Positions 20,993 through 31,514 of a stretch of DNA of 64,000 bases are shown here, piece by piece. The notes under the pieces were generated by a model. It saw nothing but the letters and a program-made list of their open reading frames with translations, was not told the DNA's origin and ran no database searches. Each line of letters starts with the position of its first letter. Within the stretch, counting starts at the first letter, position 1. This stretch comes from Candidatus Fermentibacterota bacterium (GTDB lineage Bacteria; Fermentibacterota; Fermentibacteria; Fermentibacterales; JCC-6): assembly GCA_963845085.1 (NCBI GenBank), contig CAWJQI010000004.1, positions 640,001 through 704,000 of the forward strand. The letters run 5' to 3'. The position numbers and the translations under genes were made by a program.

Positions 20993-23314
20993 TTAACGCT
21001 TCGGCTTCGGTTCAGACCGGTCGCCGTTGTTTCCATCAAGGGTTTCCCTGATCCTGGTTCCCAGATCTGACATTCCGTAGGGTTTGCCAATGAATCCCCC
21101 GGCGCCTGAAGCCAGGGCCAGACAGGAATGGTCTTCCTCCATGTATCCGCTCGAGACCAGGATTCTGGTGGACCGGTTCCGCTCCAGTATCCTGTGAAGG
21201 CACTGCATACCTCCCATCCCTGGCATGTTGAGGTCAAGAAGGACCAGATCGGGGACTCTCTCCAGGTTGTCTATGATCCCCAGCGCCGATTCGCCATCTC
21301 CGGCAAGAAGCACTACGTAACCAAGTGATTCAAGGTACTCACGGGTTAGTTCAAGTATGTCCGGTTCATCATCCACAACAATAATCACCTCGCTGCGGCC
21401 CCTGGGTGAATCGGTTCAGCCACTGTTCTCGGCTGAGTGTGAACCTTCCAGTGCAGGCCATAAAATGTGAAGGTGGTTCCCTTCCCGGGTTCGCTCCTGC
21501 ATTGGATGTATCCTCCATGGGCTTTCACTATGCCGTAGGCTGTAGACAGTCCCAGACCCGTTCCCCTCCCTGCCTCCTTGGTTGTGAAGAAGGGATCGAA
21601 CACATGGCTCAGGACTTCCGCGCTCATGCCGCATCCCGTGTCGGTCACAGCAAGAACCACAAAGCGCCCCGGGGGCATTTCATCAAACCCGCCGGCTGTA
21701 TCAGGGGAGCAAAGAAGGTTCCTGGTTTCCACCAACAGCTTTCCGTCACCGGCCATGGCATCCACTGCGTTTGCGCCCAGATTCAGAAGCATGCTCAATC
21801 TGAACAGGATCGGCAGCCACAGGCACAGGTTGTTTTCCAGACGGCTCTCGATCCGGATCATTTTCGGAATTGTACTATCAAGGATCCGAAGGGATTCCCG
21901 CACCTCGCTGTTCAGATCGAGGGGGGTCCTCTGAGCAATTGCCTTACGTCCGAAAAGAAGGAGTTGCTGAACCAGTTTCCCCGCCCGTGTGATCGATCTG
22001 GATGCTGCTCTTAGCCTTGCCGCATCCGGATGTTTTGGTCGCTTCCTGGCAAGCAGGACCTCGATGTTTCCACCGACTATCTGCAGAAGGTTGTTGAAGT
22101 CATGAGCGACTCCGCCGGCCAGTATCCCCAGAGACTCCATCTTCTGTGCCTGGAAAAGGCTCTTCTGAAGCCTGTCCCTTTCCTCCTCGGACTTCTTCCG
22201 CTCCGTTATGTCCCGGTCGAATGCGATTCCCAGAAAGCGCCCCTTGTACTCGATGTAGTTGGTTGTAACCTCCACGGGAAAAAGCCCGCCATCCCTGGTC
22301 CTGTGGCGTCCTTCGAATGTCATCTTGCCAAGCCGTTTCATATCCTTTTTGTGCTGTTCCCAGGCGGACTCGTGGAAGTCGGGGTCCACATCGAACACCC
22401 TCATGCAGAGCAACTCCTCACGGGTGAATCCCATCGATGAGCATGCGGCCTCGTTTGCGTAGATCAGTTTTCCCTGGTCATCCACCCACAGGATGCTGTC
22501 CGCGGCCTTGTCCATGGCAAACTGTGTCAGGCGCAGGGATTCATTCGAAAGCCTGTTGGTGGCAACATCCCGAATTACCAGCATGAAGTGGGGTTCGCCC
22601 TCCAACAGAAGTGAACGGGCAGAGAGGACACCCTCCCGCAGTTCTCCCAGGCTGTTCCTGAAAGTGAACTCCCTGTCGAGAACATCGTGTCCGCTCCCGA
22701 GATTGGACACCAGATCAGTGAAATCCTCGGGGTCGGGCCAAAGACCCAGTTTCAGAGAGCTTGCTCCCACAACGGTTTCACGGCTCCAACCGGTGGCCTC
22801 GTGGAACCCTTCGTTGACATCGATTACCACCGAATCCGACATGCGCACGATGGCAAAGCAGTCAGGCACCGTCATGAATACCCGGGAAAATTTTTCTTCG
22901 GCCTGCCTTCTTTCGGTTATGTCGGAAACGAATCCATGCAGCAGACGCCGCCCTGTTTCGTCGGGCTCCATGAATGTTTTAATGGACACCCAGATAACGG
23001 AACCGTTCCTTCTTATCATTCTGCACTCATGACCGGACACCGCCTGGCTGAACTCCAGGAGTTGAAGCAGAGTTTTTCTGTCTTCAGGATCGCTGTAGAG
23101 CTGTCTGCCCAGATCGGTGATGGATTCTACCATCCGCTGCGGATTCTCGTAGCCGAAAAGACTTGCCAAGTATTCGTTTGCGTACAGCAGGTTTCCATCG
23201 GAAGTGGAGGTAAAAACTACCAACGGGAACCTTCATCAGCAGGTCGCTGCACGTGTTCGGATGGTAAACCGGCGGCTTGGGCAGGCAATCTTTCCTTATG
23301 CGTCCATCCGTCAT
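20993..23314 (-). pseudogene. Multi-PAS hybrid histidine kinase with receiver domain, degraded
   Basis: Three PAS domains, AHDFNN H-box, GTGLGL G2 box and a REC domain. Frameshift near 23218, compensating pair near 21790-21830, shift near 21470 and in-frame TGA at 21416-21418. Confidence 0.8.
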
Positions 23315-23954
23315 CTGGACTCCTCCGCGCCGGAGAACAGACCTGGCATCTTATCCGGAACAACTGCCAGATGTCTGCCATCATTCGCAGGCAGACCAAG
23401 GACGTTGCCAGGCAGGATTCCACATGTGCTTCTCAAGCCAAAATAAACCTAAAGCCCAGCATGGTCAACCATATTGTGCACCGTTCAGCATTGACGGAAG
23501 GGTCCGGGGGCTGGTCTTAATCCAGCCCTCCGAGAATGCTCTGACCAAGCTGTCTTGGTGCTATGGTGCAGATGGCAAATTGGTGTGACAACGACAATTC
23601 ATTTTTACCCACTTGCTGGCTTCCCCGTTTGGTAATCACTTCTTAGAGTGACACTTACCGCCATCTGCGCCTTTCCTATAAATCGACTCTGCAGGTTTGG
23701 GGACCTTTGTTGCAGAGTTCATACTCCTGCCAGCGGCAACCCAATTATCCCCAGTTGTGGAATTTGAATTCTCCCCACCTCGGTTGTTGACTCCCGATTC
23801 TTCCGCATGGTGAAGTTTGCAAAACTGTCCCGTGGCACGGATGGCCTTACAGACAGCTTTTACACGTGTTGTCCTTTTTAGTTATTTTGACTATATTTGT
23901 GTGAGTTAATAATGACTCATTGCCCGAGATGGCAAATTCGAAAAGGGGGTTGAC

Positions 23955-24416
23955 ATGAAATTGGTAATTCTGATGGTGGCATTACTTGTAACTGCTGCCT
24001 CCGCTCAGATGAGCGGAACGGGTATCGGAATCATCGTGGGGGAGCCAACGGGGCTCAGCCTGAAAAGCTGGCTTTCAGCCAAATCCGCAATAACAGTAGG
24101 TGCCGCATGGTCGTTCCGGAATGATGGAAGCCTTCTGGTCTGGGCGGACTACACACTTCACTCATTCAACATCACAGGGTCCTCCGACCCAACCAGTCTT
24201 GCATTCTACTACGGCATCGGCGGTAAAGTCGGCTTCGTCGACAAGGATGAGAACGACAACGAAACAGTTATCGGTGCCCGTGTCCCTCTCGGCCTCATGC
24301 TTCCCATTGGGGACGCTCCTGTCGAGGTCTTCCTCGAAGTGGTGCCCACGGTCGACTTGTCCCCCGACACTGATTTTGGATTGAATGGCGGCATTGGAGT
24401 TCACTTCTTCTTCTGA
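23955..24416 (+). CDS. Small outer-membrane beta-barrel (DUF3996-like)
   Basis: Signal peptide; GIGIIVGEPTGLS.K; GARVPLG; C-terminal GGIGVHFFF. Confidence 0.8.
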   Translation: MKLVILMVALLVTAASAQMSGTGIGIIVGEPTGLSLKSWLSAKSAITVGAAWSFRNDGSLLVWADYTLHSFNITGSSDPTSLAFYYGIGGKVGFVDKDENDNETVIGARVPLGLMLPIGDAPVEVFLEVVPTVDLSPDTDFGLNGGIGVHFFF

Positions 24417-24484
24417 CACCCCGGCAGCCAAGTGAACTGACTCCCGGTTGTGTTTCCCTGCATTCTGGAAAGGAAGTGACTGAG

Positions 24485-24625
24485 ATGCTCGAGACAATTC
24501 TGATCATACTGGTGATAGCGTGGGCATTGGGGTTCTTTGCCTTCCACATTGGTGGCGGGCTTATCCACACGCTTCTTGTGATCGCCCTTGTGGTCTTCAT
24601 CTTCCGCATGATCCGCCGTCGATGA
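24485..24625 (+). CDS. Small membrane protein, lmo0937/DUF5670 family (46 aa, not in ORF track)
   Basis: MLETILIILVIAWALGFFAFHIGGGLIHTLLVIALVVFIFRMIRRR* has the W.LG...GGLIH.LLV.A signature. Confidence 0.85.
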   Translation: MLETILIILVIAWALGFFAFHIGGGLIHTLLVIALVVFIFRMIRRR

Positions 24626-24943
24626 ACCACGCCGAGCTCGAATAGCAGCAAGCTCTTCGGCCCATCGGGACAACCTCCGTTCGCCTGGCAACCGTAATGG
24701 AGGCTCCCGAAGGAAGTGTTCCTCTTATCCTTGCTGACGACCAGATCGCCAATGTTGAACTGCTTGCGAGATTTTCACCAAACTGAACCATCCGTTATGT
24801 CATCCTGGAAATGTCACAAAAGGTGTCTGCCTGATGAGTAAGCCTGGGAATGCCCTCCCACGCAGTGTCAGTTGTGTTTATTCTACACATGCTTGATGAT
24901 TCAGCCTGCATGATTGTAGCAGTATGTTGAACGGAGGGCTGCT

Positions 24944-25426
24944 GTGGGAACAGGTCAGATCCTGATGATGGTGGTCATTCTCGGGGGGCTCGGCGCTTAC
25001 TGGTGGTTCAAGTTCGGGCGCCATGGCGCCGAAGGGTATTACCAGAAGATGTTCGGGCTTCGCGAGGGCGAGCAGGTAACGTCCATGTGGGTTTGCTACT
25101 ATGACATAGACCGTACGACGGGTGAGAAGGTCGGGGAATTACTCGGAATGCACACCCGAGGAATAAACGTGATGATGGCCCTGACCAGCCTAAACCGCAT
25201 GGTGATCGGCGACAACGAGAAGAACAATCCTCCAATGGGCTTCGAGCGGGGACAGGTGGCGGTCAGCGAGTACCCGAAAAAGGCGGAGATGAATACGCTA
25301 GCCGGCCCGACCGGCAAACTGGAACATGCCGTGGTCATGCTGCTGGAACCCAGGGAAGGAAGCCCCTTCCGTCTTCAGATAGCACAGTCGGGGTTCGAGG
25401 CCGTAAGGGATTGGGCGCTGGTGTAG
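24944..25426 (+). CDS. Hypothetical membrane-anchored protein
   Basis: GGAGG RBS; single N-terminal TM helix. Confidence 0.7.
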   Translation: MGTGQILMMVVILGGLGAYWWFKFGRHGAEGYYQKMFGLREGEQVTSMWVCYYDIDRTTGEKVGELLGMHTRGINVMMALTSLNRMVIGDNEKNNPPMGFERGQVAVSEYPKKAEMNTLAGPTGKLEHAVVMLLEPREGSPFRLQIAQSGFEAVRDWALV

Positions 25427-25500
25427 TCCCACTTCCTTTTTCGGAAGCATGAAGACCCGGAGTTTCGGTTTGGATTCCAGCCCTGGAAACGATGAATTCA

Positions 25501-25533
25501 AAGGAAAAGCCGGGCTCTTGCCCGGCTTTCCTT
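25501..25533. terminator. Bidirectional terminator between convergent genes
   Basis: AAGGAAAAGCCGGGC-TCTT-GCCCGGCTTTCCTT. Confidence 0.75.
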
Positions 25534-25543
25534 ATCGCTTCGG

Positions 25544-27739
25544 CTACCTGACGACCGCAACGCTCCTGACAGCGTCGACGCCATTACCGCTAAACCTCAC
25601 GAAGTAGAGGCCACTTGCGAGGGTCGATGCATCAAGGGAGAGATCATGGCTGCCCTGCTCGATGAAACCGTTGTGAAGGGTTCGGATCAGCCTGCCCTGC
25701 AGATCGAAGAGCTGTACGGTGGCCATTCCGGGGGCAACGGTGGCGAACTGCACCGACGCGGGACCGGAGCAGGGGTTGGGGGAGATGAAGGCCGCTGACC
25801 CGTTGAGCCCACCTTCCGCGATCCCGGTTCCATTGTGCCTCCAGAGGGTGATCTCTGCGTTGGCAAAAGTGAGGAAGCCCTGGTGCCTGTCACCGCTGAA
25901 TACGATGTACCATTCGTCGGTGTGCGGCGCGTAGAACCATACCTGCCCCGAGCTCTCACCCTCGATCAGTTCGTAGCAGTCGAACTCCTCTCCCGCCTGG
26001 TACAGCTCCCAGTTTTCGGAGTCGACTATGAAAAAGTCGGCCGTGCCGCCTTCAATGGGTTCGGCGTACTCTGATCTGGGGTTGGCGTAGTAGTCCCTGC
26101 CGTTCATAAGGTCGGCAGGCAGGTTGAAGTCGACCTGGATCAGGTATTTGGTCCAGCTTCCCCCGGTCTGCTCGGTGCAGGGCAGAACCGGCATGGAGTC
26201 GGGAGGGCTCCAATCGAAGAAGTACTCCTGGTTGGGGATGCTGTTCTCTATAACCTGCTCGTAACCGCCACCGCCAAAAACGCCAAGGGTTGTTGCGATG
26301 TTGAGGTAGTAGTTCTGGCTGTCGCCGAGCTCGAATGTTATCTGGCCGTTTTCGTCGGTCTGCCCCCAGGTGCCCCTGTAGAGATCGCTCGTCATCCAGC
26401 CTTCACTGGCCACCTGCACGGCTGCGTTGTCTACAGGAACTCCCGTTGAATCGGTGACTGTGACAGTCAGGTGGCAGAAGTTGGAGTAGTAGGCCACGTA
26501 GTCATACGTGAAGCCGTCGTTCCTCCAGTACCAGATGCAGCTGCAGTCCTTGCCGCCGGCCATCCTGTCCTTGTCGTAGGCACAGTAGTCATTGCTGAAG
26601 GTATCGACGTACCAGCCGTGCCACGTGCCGTTCCACCATGCCTGGCACCAGACGTGGTCTTCGTTGATGTCCATCACACAGGCCGTGGGTATCAGGGCGA
26701 GGCGCCCCGCAGCACAGAGAAGGTCCTGGTTCTCGCCGCAGTTCCCGTTGTGCTCGTGCGCAATGACATTGGGCTGTATCGGCCTGTTGCCGGTGGCTCC
26801 AGTATCGATGGTCGCCCTGACCCACCCCGTGACTATGTCGACTGCGTGGAGGCTGTCGGAGAACACAACATCGGGAGACCAGCCGTAGCTTTTTGTCTGC
26901 TGGTCCCAGAAGACGAGAACGTTCTCGTTGAGAACCTCGTCGAAGACGGGGTAACCCGCGTCGTCCATGTCCCAGAGGTACTGCCTCCAGAATTCGTTGT
27001 AGACGCTGGCATCGTTGATCGGAGGCTCGTCGGAAACTTTTGGCATCACAACGTAGTGATAGTAGATCTCCTTCGGTATCTCCACCCAGACAGTGTCGCC
27101 ATCGACGATTGTGTTGTACTCGGTCGTGCTGTAGTAGTCGTCTCCCGGGTAGTCAACCACGTTCACATAGCTGAGCAGCTCGTCGTGGTCATAAATGCCC
27201 TGGGCGTTCTGCACCAGCACTTCCTCGTCCCAGTTCGGGTTGGCAAGAATGGTCCAGGAAAGGTTCGCCAGGGTGAAGGCAAGCTCATCGAAATAGGGCT
27301 GCCCCTGATGGGCGAGAAGCAGGGTTCCGTATCGGTCCTGGTTCTCGGCGGACAGAATGGAGTACTTCCAGATGAGGTGTTCCTGCAACCAGGCCGGGGC
27401 AAGATCGACCGTCTGCTGAGCAAGATCGGTCAACTGGATGGCCGGGTTTATATCGAGCGCCTCTCCCCAAAGGTCGGCGAGAACAGGGAAGACCCCGCCA
27501 TTGGCCGGAACTACGAAGCGGCAGTCAACGGTCTCAATCGCTTCGTACTCGGCCGGAGGCTCGAATACGGGTGCCGGGCTGCCGGTTTCCACCGGCAGGG
27601 AGAGGAACGAGGGGAGGGACCTGACAAGGTGTACCGCACTCCCCGTGCACACTACCGGCTCCATCGGAATGGTTATCCCGGGAAGCCGGGCAAGGCAGAC
27701 AGCCGCAGTAATCAGGAAAACCACTGAAAACAGTTTCAT
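25544..27739 (-). CDS. Transglutaminase-like (Cys-His-Asp) secreted protein with T9SS CTD
   Basis: Signal peptide; GNCGE, DHVW, W...D triad; CTD SPNP...LFDLQGRLI...SGLYFVR...VAVVR. Confidence 0.85.
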   Translation of the reverse strand: MKLFSVVFLITAAVCLARLPGITIPMEPVVCTGSAVHLVRSLPSFLSLPVETGSPAPVFEPPAEYEAIETVDCRFVVPANGGVFPVLADLWGEALDINPAIQLTDLAQQTVDLAPAWLQEHLIWKYSILSAENQDRYGTLLLAHQGQPYFDELAFTLANLSWTILANPNWDEEVLVQNAQGIYDHDELLSYVNVVDYPGDDYYSTTEYNTIVDGDTVWVEIPKEIYYHYVVMPKVSDEPPINDASVYNEFWRQYLWDMDDAGYPVFDEVLNENVLVFWDQQTKSYGWSPDVVFSDSLHAVDIVTGWVRATIDTGATGNRPIQPNVIAHEHNGNCGENQDLLCAAGRLALIPTACVMDINEDHVWCQAWWNGTWHGWYVDTFSNDYCAYDKDRMAGGKDCSCIWYWRNDGFTYDYVAYYSNFCHLTVTVTDSTGVPVDNAAVQVASEGWMTSDLYRGTWGQTDENGQITFELGDSQNYYLNIATTLGVFGGGGYEQVIENSIPNQEYFFDWSPPDSMPVLPCTEQTGGSWTKYLIQVDFNLPADLMNGRDYYANPRSEYAEPIEGGTADFFIVDSENWELYQAGEEFDCYELIEGESSGQVWFYAPHTDEWYIVFSGDRHQGFLTFANAEITLWRHNGTGIAEGGLNGSAAFISPNPCSGPASVQFATVAPGMATVQLFDLQGRLIRTLHNGFIEQGSHDLSLDASTLASGLYFVRFSGNGVDAVRSVAVVR

Positions 27740-27981
27740 CTCGAACTCCCCTTTCAGGAGGAACGACACCATCATTCGTCAATAAGATACTTTTCAGGAA
27801 ACACAAAGGAAAGACTTGCCGAAGTGCTCTGGCACCTTTGTCACTGCCGGGGGGGAAGGCTCTCCTTCCTCGCGGCGGAAACGCTGACGCTCCGCCGGGC
27901 AAGGTGTTCTCGCCACTCTTCATCATTAGTATATCTGCAACAATTATTGGGCTTCCTACAGGATCCCCGGGAGGGAATGTC

Positions 27982-30234
27982 ATGAGGAGTAACGCTGTTC
28001 CATTGTTCGCGGCATTGTTGCTGCCGTCGGTTTTGTCAGGCGCGGAGGTTTACTACTGCGCCTCCGACTTCGTCAACCCAGTCCAGGTGATTTCCGAGGG
28101 CGGCGGGTCAACCGTCATCAGGTTCACGGCCGGTGAACTCACGGGCGGTCAGATACTGCTCGACGGCTTCGGCCCGGGGACAATCTTCAGCATGCAGGGG
28201 GGAGGGGTGTCTGGAGAGATCGGCTACCCCGAGCTCCCGGTCGTCAGGAGGATGGTCAGGGTTCCTTCCGACGGCGAAGTCACCATCGAAATCCTTGATC
28301 ACGACCATGCGGAGCTTGGCACGTTCACAATTCCTCCCATGCAGCCTCTCCCCCTGCGCGAAGGCGGCGATGCACCGCTCCGGATAGCGCAATCCTTCTA
28401 TGACGGATGCGACGCTTATCCAGCGGCACCTGTCGTGCTTGAATCCACATGCATACTGAGGGACATAAGGGTAGCCTGGATAAGCTTTTACCCCGTATGC
28501 TGGAACCCGTCCGACGGCAGGGCCGTAGTCAACACCAGCGTTACCGCAAGGGTCACCGCCGGCAGCGGGCATGGTGAAAACGAGCTTGCAAGGCCGTTCA
28601 CCGGCATCACCCGCAGTTTTGTACCGTCCTACGACGGTGTTCTCGGCTTTCCGGAGAGGGATGGGGTCGACATCATCGACGGCAGCTACCTTGTGATCTC
28701 CTCCGAGGAGGGTCTCGGGCTGGCCCAGGAGCTCATCGACTGGAAGTTCAGAAAGGGTCTTGAAGTCGTCACAGCAGCAGTTCCCGAAATCGGCGACACC
28801 GCCTCCGAGATCGACGCCTGGATCGAGAACGCCTACAACACGTGGACCAATCCGCCCGAGTACATCCTGATTGTCGGAGATTCCTACGTGGTTCCCTCCC
28901 CTGTCTACAACAACCACTCGGCCGACAACATCTACGGTGTGATAGGGTCGGGATGTGTTCCGTCCATCCATGTGGGAAGAATCACGGGAAGCGACTCGGA
29001 GGACCTTGCGTACGAGTCCTGGAAGATCGTTCGGCACGAGATGGACCCGTACGAACCATCCATGAGCTGGTTCGAGAGGGGGATAAGCGTTGGTCATACC
29101 CAGTTCGCAGCCAACTCCCACGAGTACGTCGAGTTCATGGAGTACGCGGGGATGACGGTGACGTGGTTCTGCAGCACCGGCGGGATAACCCCCACCATCG
29201 ACAACCTCACGGAAAGCCTGAACGGCGGGTGCTCAATGTTTGGCATCTGCGGCCACGGTGACCTGACGCACATCATTCCCCCCGGTTTCAGCAACGACAA
29301 TGTGGCCGCCCTCCAGAACGGGCGGCGGCTGGGATGGTGGGTTCTTGTCGCATGCGACACGGGCAGGTTCCACAATGCGTACTGCTTCAGCGAAGCCCTC
29401 ATGAGCGAGGGCGACACTACCGACGTCAAGGGCGCCATCGGTGTGATGAGCCCCACGACCAACAGCCCCATCGGCGCTGCCGATTCCCTCGGGAAATGGA
29501 TCTTCGAGGGATATTTCGTGTCGGGCATGCGCCATCTGGGCGCGGTAACGGACTGGGCCAAGGGCGAGGTGTTCGCCTACTTCGGTTCCAGCGGCGTTGA
29601 CAACGACCACATGCACATGGTCTACGGGTGCCCCGAGCTTGACATCTTCTACGTTCCCTCACCCCTCACCCCGATAGTCTGCAACCACCCCGACCCCGTT
29701 GTGCCCGGCATTCACACCTTCACCGTGACTGCGGCAGGCCAGCCCGCCGGGGACATACTGGTGGCGGTGATGATTGAGGACACGGTGTCAGGGGTCTGGA
29801 TGGAGTCGGGGTACACCGATGCCTCGGGCACAATAACCTTCGACATCCCCGAGTTCACCGAGGGAAGCGCATCCTGCGTCACTGCAACAGGTATGAACCT
29901 CTACCCGTACCTTTCCGATGCACTGACAGGAACAGCCGAAGACCCTGTGGCCCAGGCAGGCGCACCTCTCTTCAGGATCTCGCCGGTGCCGAGCGACGGG
30001 CCTCTTCTGATCGAGTACGACCTTGCTGAAGGCGGCCTTGTTGACATTGCCGTCTACGACATATCGGGGCGTGTTGTGGCAAGGCCGGCAAGCGGCGTTT
30101 TCGAGGCCGGAAGGCATTCCTGCCTGTGGGGCGGGGCGTCGGACGACGGAAGTCCCCTTGCCCCGGGTGTGTACTTCTGCAGGCTTTCCGCCGGGCAGGA
30201 AGTGCTGTCGCGACGAATGGTCCTTGTCAGGTAG
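27982..30234 (+). CDS. C25 (gingipain-like) cysteine peptidase with propeptide and T9SS/FlgD-like CTD
   Basis: Propeptide G.PELP; WK.RKG, YILIVGD, D..Y, VGRI; catalytic GHG and AC.TG; CTD VYDISGR...PGVYFCRL...RMVLVR. Confidence 0.9.
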   Translation: MRSNAVPLFAALLLPSVLSGAEVYYCASDFVNPVQVISEGGGSTVIRFTAGELTGGQILLDGFGPGTIFSMQGGGVSGEIGYPELPVVRRMVRVPSDGEVTIEILDHDHAELGTFTIPPMQPLPLREGGDAPLRIAQSFYDGCDAYPAAPVVLESTCILRDIRVAWISFYPVCWNPSDGRAVVNTSVTARVTAGSGHGENELARPFTGITRSFVPSYDGVLGFPERDGVDIIDGSYLVISSEEGLGLAQELIDWKFRKGLEVVTAAVPEIGDTASEIDAWIENAYNTWTNPPEYILIVGDSYVVPSPVYNNHSADNIYGVIGSGCVPSIHVGRITGSDSEDLAYESWKIVRHEMDPYEPSMSWFERGISVGHTQFAANSHEYVEFMEYAGMTVTWFCSTGGITPTIDNLTESLNGGCSMFGICGHGDLTHIIPPGFSNDNVAALQNGRRLGWWVLVACDTGRFHNAYCFSEALMSEGDTTDVKGAIGVMSPTTNSPIGAADSLGKWIFEGYFVSGMRHLGAVTDWAKGEVFAYFGSSGVDNDHMHMVYGCPELDIFYVPSPLTPIVCNHPDPVVPGIHTFTVTAAGQPAGDILVAVMIEDTVSGVWMESGYTDASGTITFDIPEFTEGSASCVTATGMNLYPYLSDALTGTAEDPVAQAGAPLFRISPVPSDGPLLIEYDLAEGGLVDIAVYDISGRVVARPASGVFEAGRHSCLWGGASDDGSPLAPGVYFCRLSAGQEVLSRRMVLVR

Positions 30235-30276
30235 TCCCTGGAGCCCCTCCGGGGAGATGAACCCCCCGGAGAAAGG

Positions 30277-31452
30277 TCAGTCCAGAGCCTTCAGAACAAG
30301 CGTTTTGAGATACCTTCCTTCGGGGAAGGAAAGCGAGTCGGTGTGATCCGGCGCATGTGACAGTTCGTGAAGGATGTGCATGGTGCGCCTGGCTTGGTAC
30401 GCAGCCACCCTGACCGCATGCCTGAAGTCCTCCATCGTGATGCGCCCCGAGCAGGACGATGTGAGCAGCACGCCGTGCTCACGAAGCCTGCCGATGCACT
30501 GCGCATTTACCGACGTGTAGGCTTTCAGCGCCTTTTCCGACGCGCTGCGGGTCTTTGCAAAGGCCGGCGGGTCGCAGACAACAACATCGAACTTCTCCGG
30601 CGTCGTGTACAGGTACTCGAATGCATCGGCGGAGAGGATCTCAACACCGCTGCCGGAAAGACCGTTGGCGCTGAAGTTGTCGAATGCGATTCTGTTCGCC
30701 TTCTCCGATATGTCAACGTTGGTGACATGCGCTGCACCGCTTTTCGCGGCATACACACCGAATGCCCCGGTGTAGGAGAACAGGTTCAAAACGGTTTTTC
30801 CGGGGGTGTATGTGCTTACCGTGCTCCGGGCCGTGCGCTGGTCGAGGAAGAATCCCGTTTTCTGACCCTCCATGACGTCCGCACGGAAAAGCAGACCGTT
30901 CTCGAGAAATTCTGGCAGGCCGGCGAGGGAGCCCTTGAGGATCCGCGCAGGGATGGGCGGCAGCCCTTCGCGCTTCCTCACCTCAAGGTCTGAACGCTCC
31001 ACAATGACCGAAGGGTTCAACACAGCCTCAAGCGCGTCCATTATGGGAGCTCGAAATGCCTCCGCGCTCATGGCGTGGAACTGCACGACAAGGCAGGAAC
31101 CGTACACATCCGCAACAAGGCCAGGGACCATGTCTGCATCGGCATTGACCAGCCTGAAACCGGTGGTGTTCGCCGGAAGCAACGATTTTTTGTAACCGAT
31201 CAGGCGGGAGAAGCGTTTTTGAAAGTAGGCTTGGTCGAGAACCACCTCTTCGCGATCGATCATCCGCACACGAATGTCACAGCGGGGATTGATTATGCCT
31301 GTACCGAGAAAAACCTTGTCGTATGAGTAGACGTTCACCTGCTCACCGGCTGCAGGGGAATCCCCTCCGGCGATGCCCTGTGAGAAAACCCAGGGGTGCC
31401 CGGCTTTGACGGGCGTTTCCCTTCCTTTTGCGAGAATTATCGTTTTCGGCAT
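30277..31452 (-). CDS. RlmI/RlmK-like class I SAM-dependent rRNA methyltransferase
   Basis: GHPWVF PUA domain, GQKTGFFLDQR, LNLFSYTG, DPPAF, SSCS, YLK. Confidence 0.92.
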   Translation of the reverse strand: MPKTIILAKGRETPVKAGHPWVFSQGIAGGDSPAAGEQVNVYSYDKVFLGTGIINPRCDIRVRMIDREEVVLDQAYFQKRFSRLIGYKKSLLPANTTGFRLVNADADMVPGLVADVYGSCLVVQFHAMSAEAFRAPIMDALEAVLNPSVIVERSDLEVRKREGLPPIPARILKGSLAGLPEFLENGLLFRADVMEGQKTGFFLDQRTARSTVSTYTPGKTVLNLFSYTGAFGVYAAKSGAAHVTNVDISEKANRIAFDNFSANGLSGSGVEILSADAFEYLYTTPEKFDVVVCDPPAFAKTRSASEKALKAYTSVNAQCIGRLREHGVLLTSSCSGRITMEDFRHAVRVAAYQARRTMHILHELSHAPDHTDSLSFPEGRYLKTLVLKALD

Positions 31453-31514
31453 GGTTCCGATCCTGCATCCGTTCACTTCAGGATGGTGTCAAAACACTCC
31501 CTGCACTCAGGCGG

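Noticed and set aside
21416..21418. In-frame TGA between the kinase ATPase and receiver domains as a second Sec codon
   Set aside because: It lies in a non-catalytic linker with no Cys-type motif or convincing SECIS, and the gene has several other lesions; better explained as nonsense decay.
23890..23954. c-di-GMP-I riboswitch (GGCAAA...GAAA) before the barrel gene
   Set aside because: Lacks the P2/P3 pairing and the GACGCAAAGC segment; only short dyads are seen.
24630..24940. Possible small gene remnant on the minus strand (KQFNIGDLVVSKDKRN...)
   Set aside because: No start codon/RBS or recognisable family; too weak to call.
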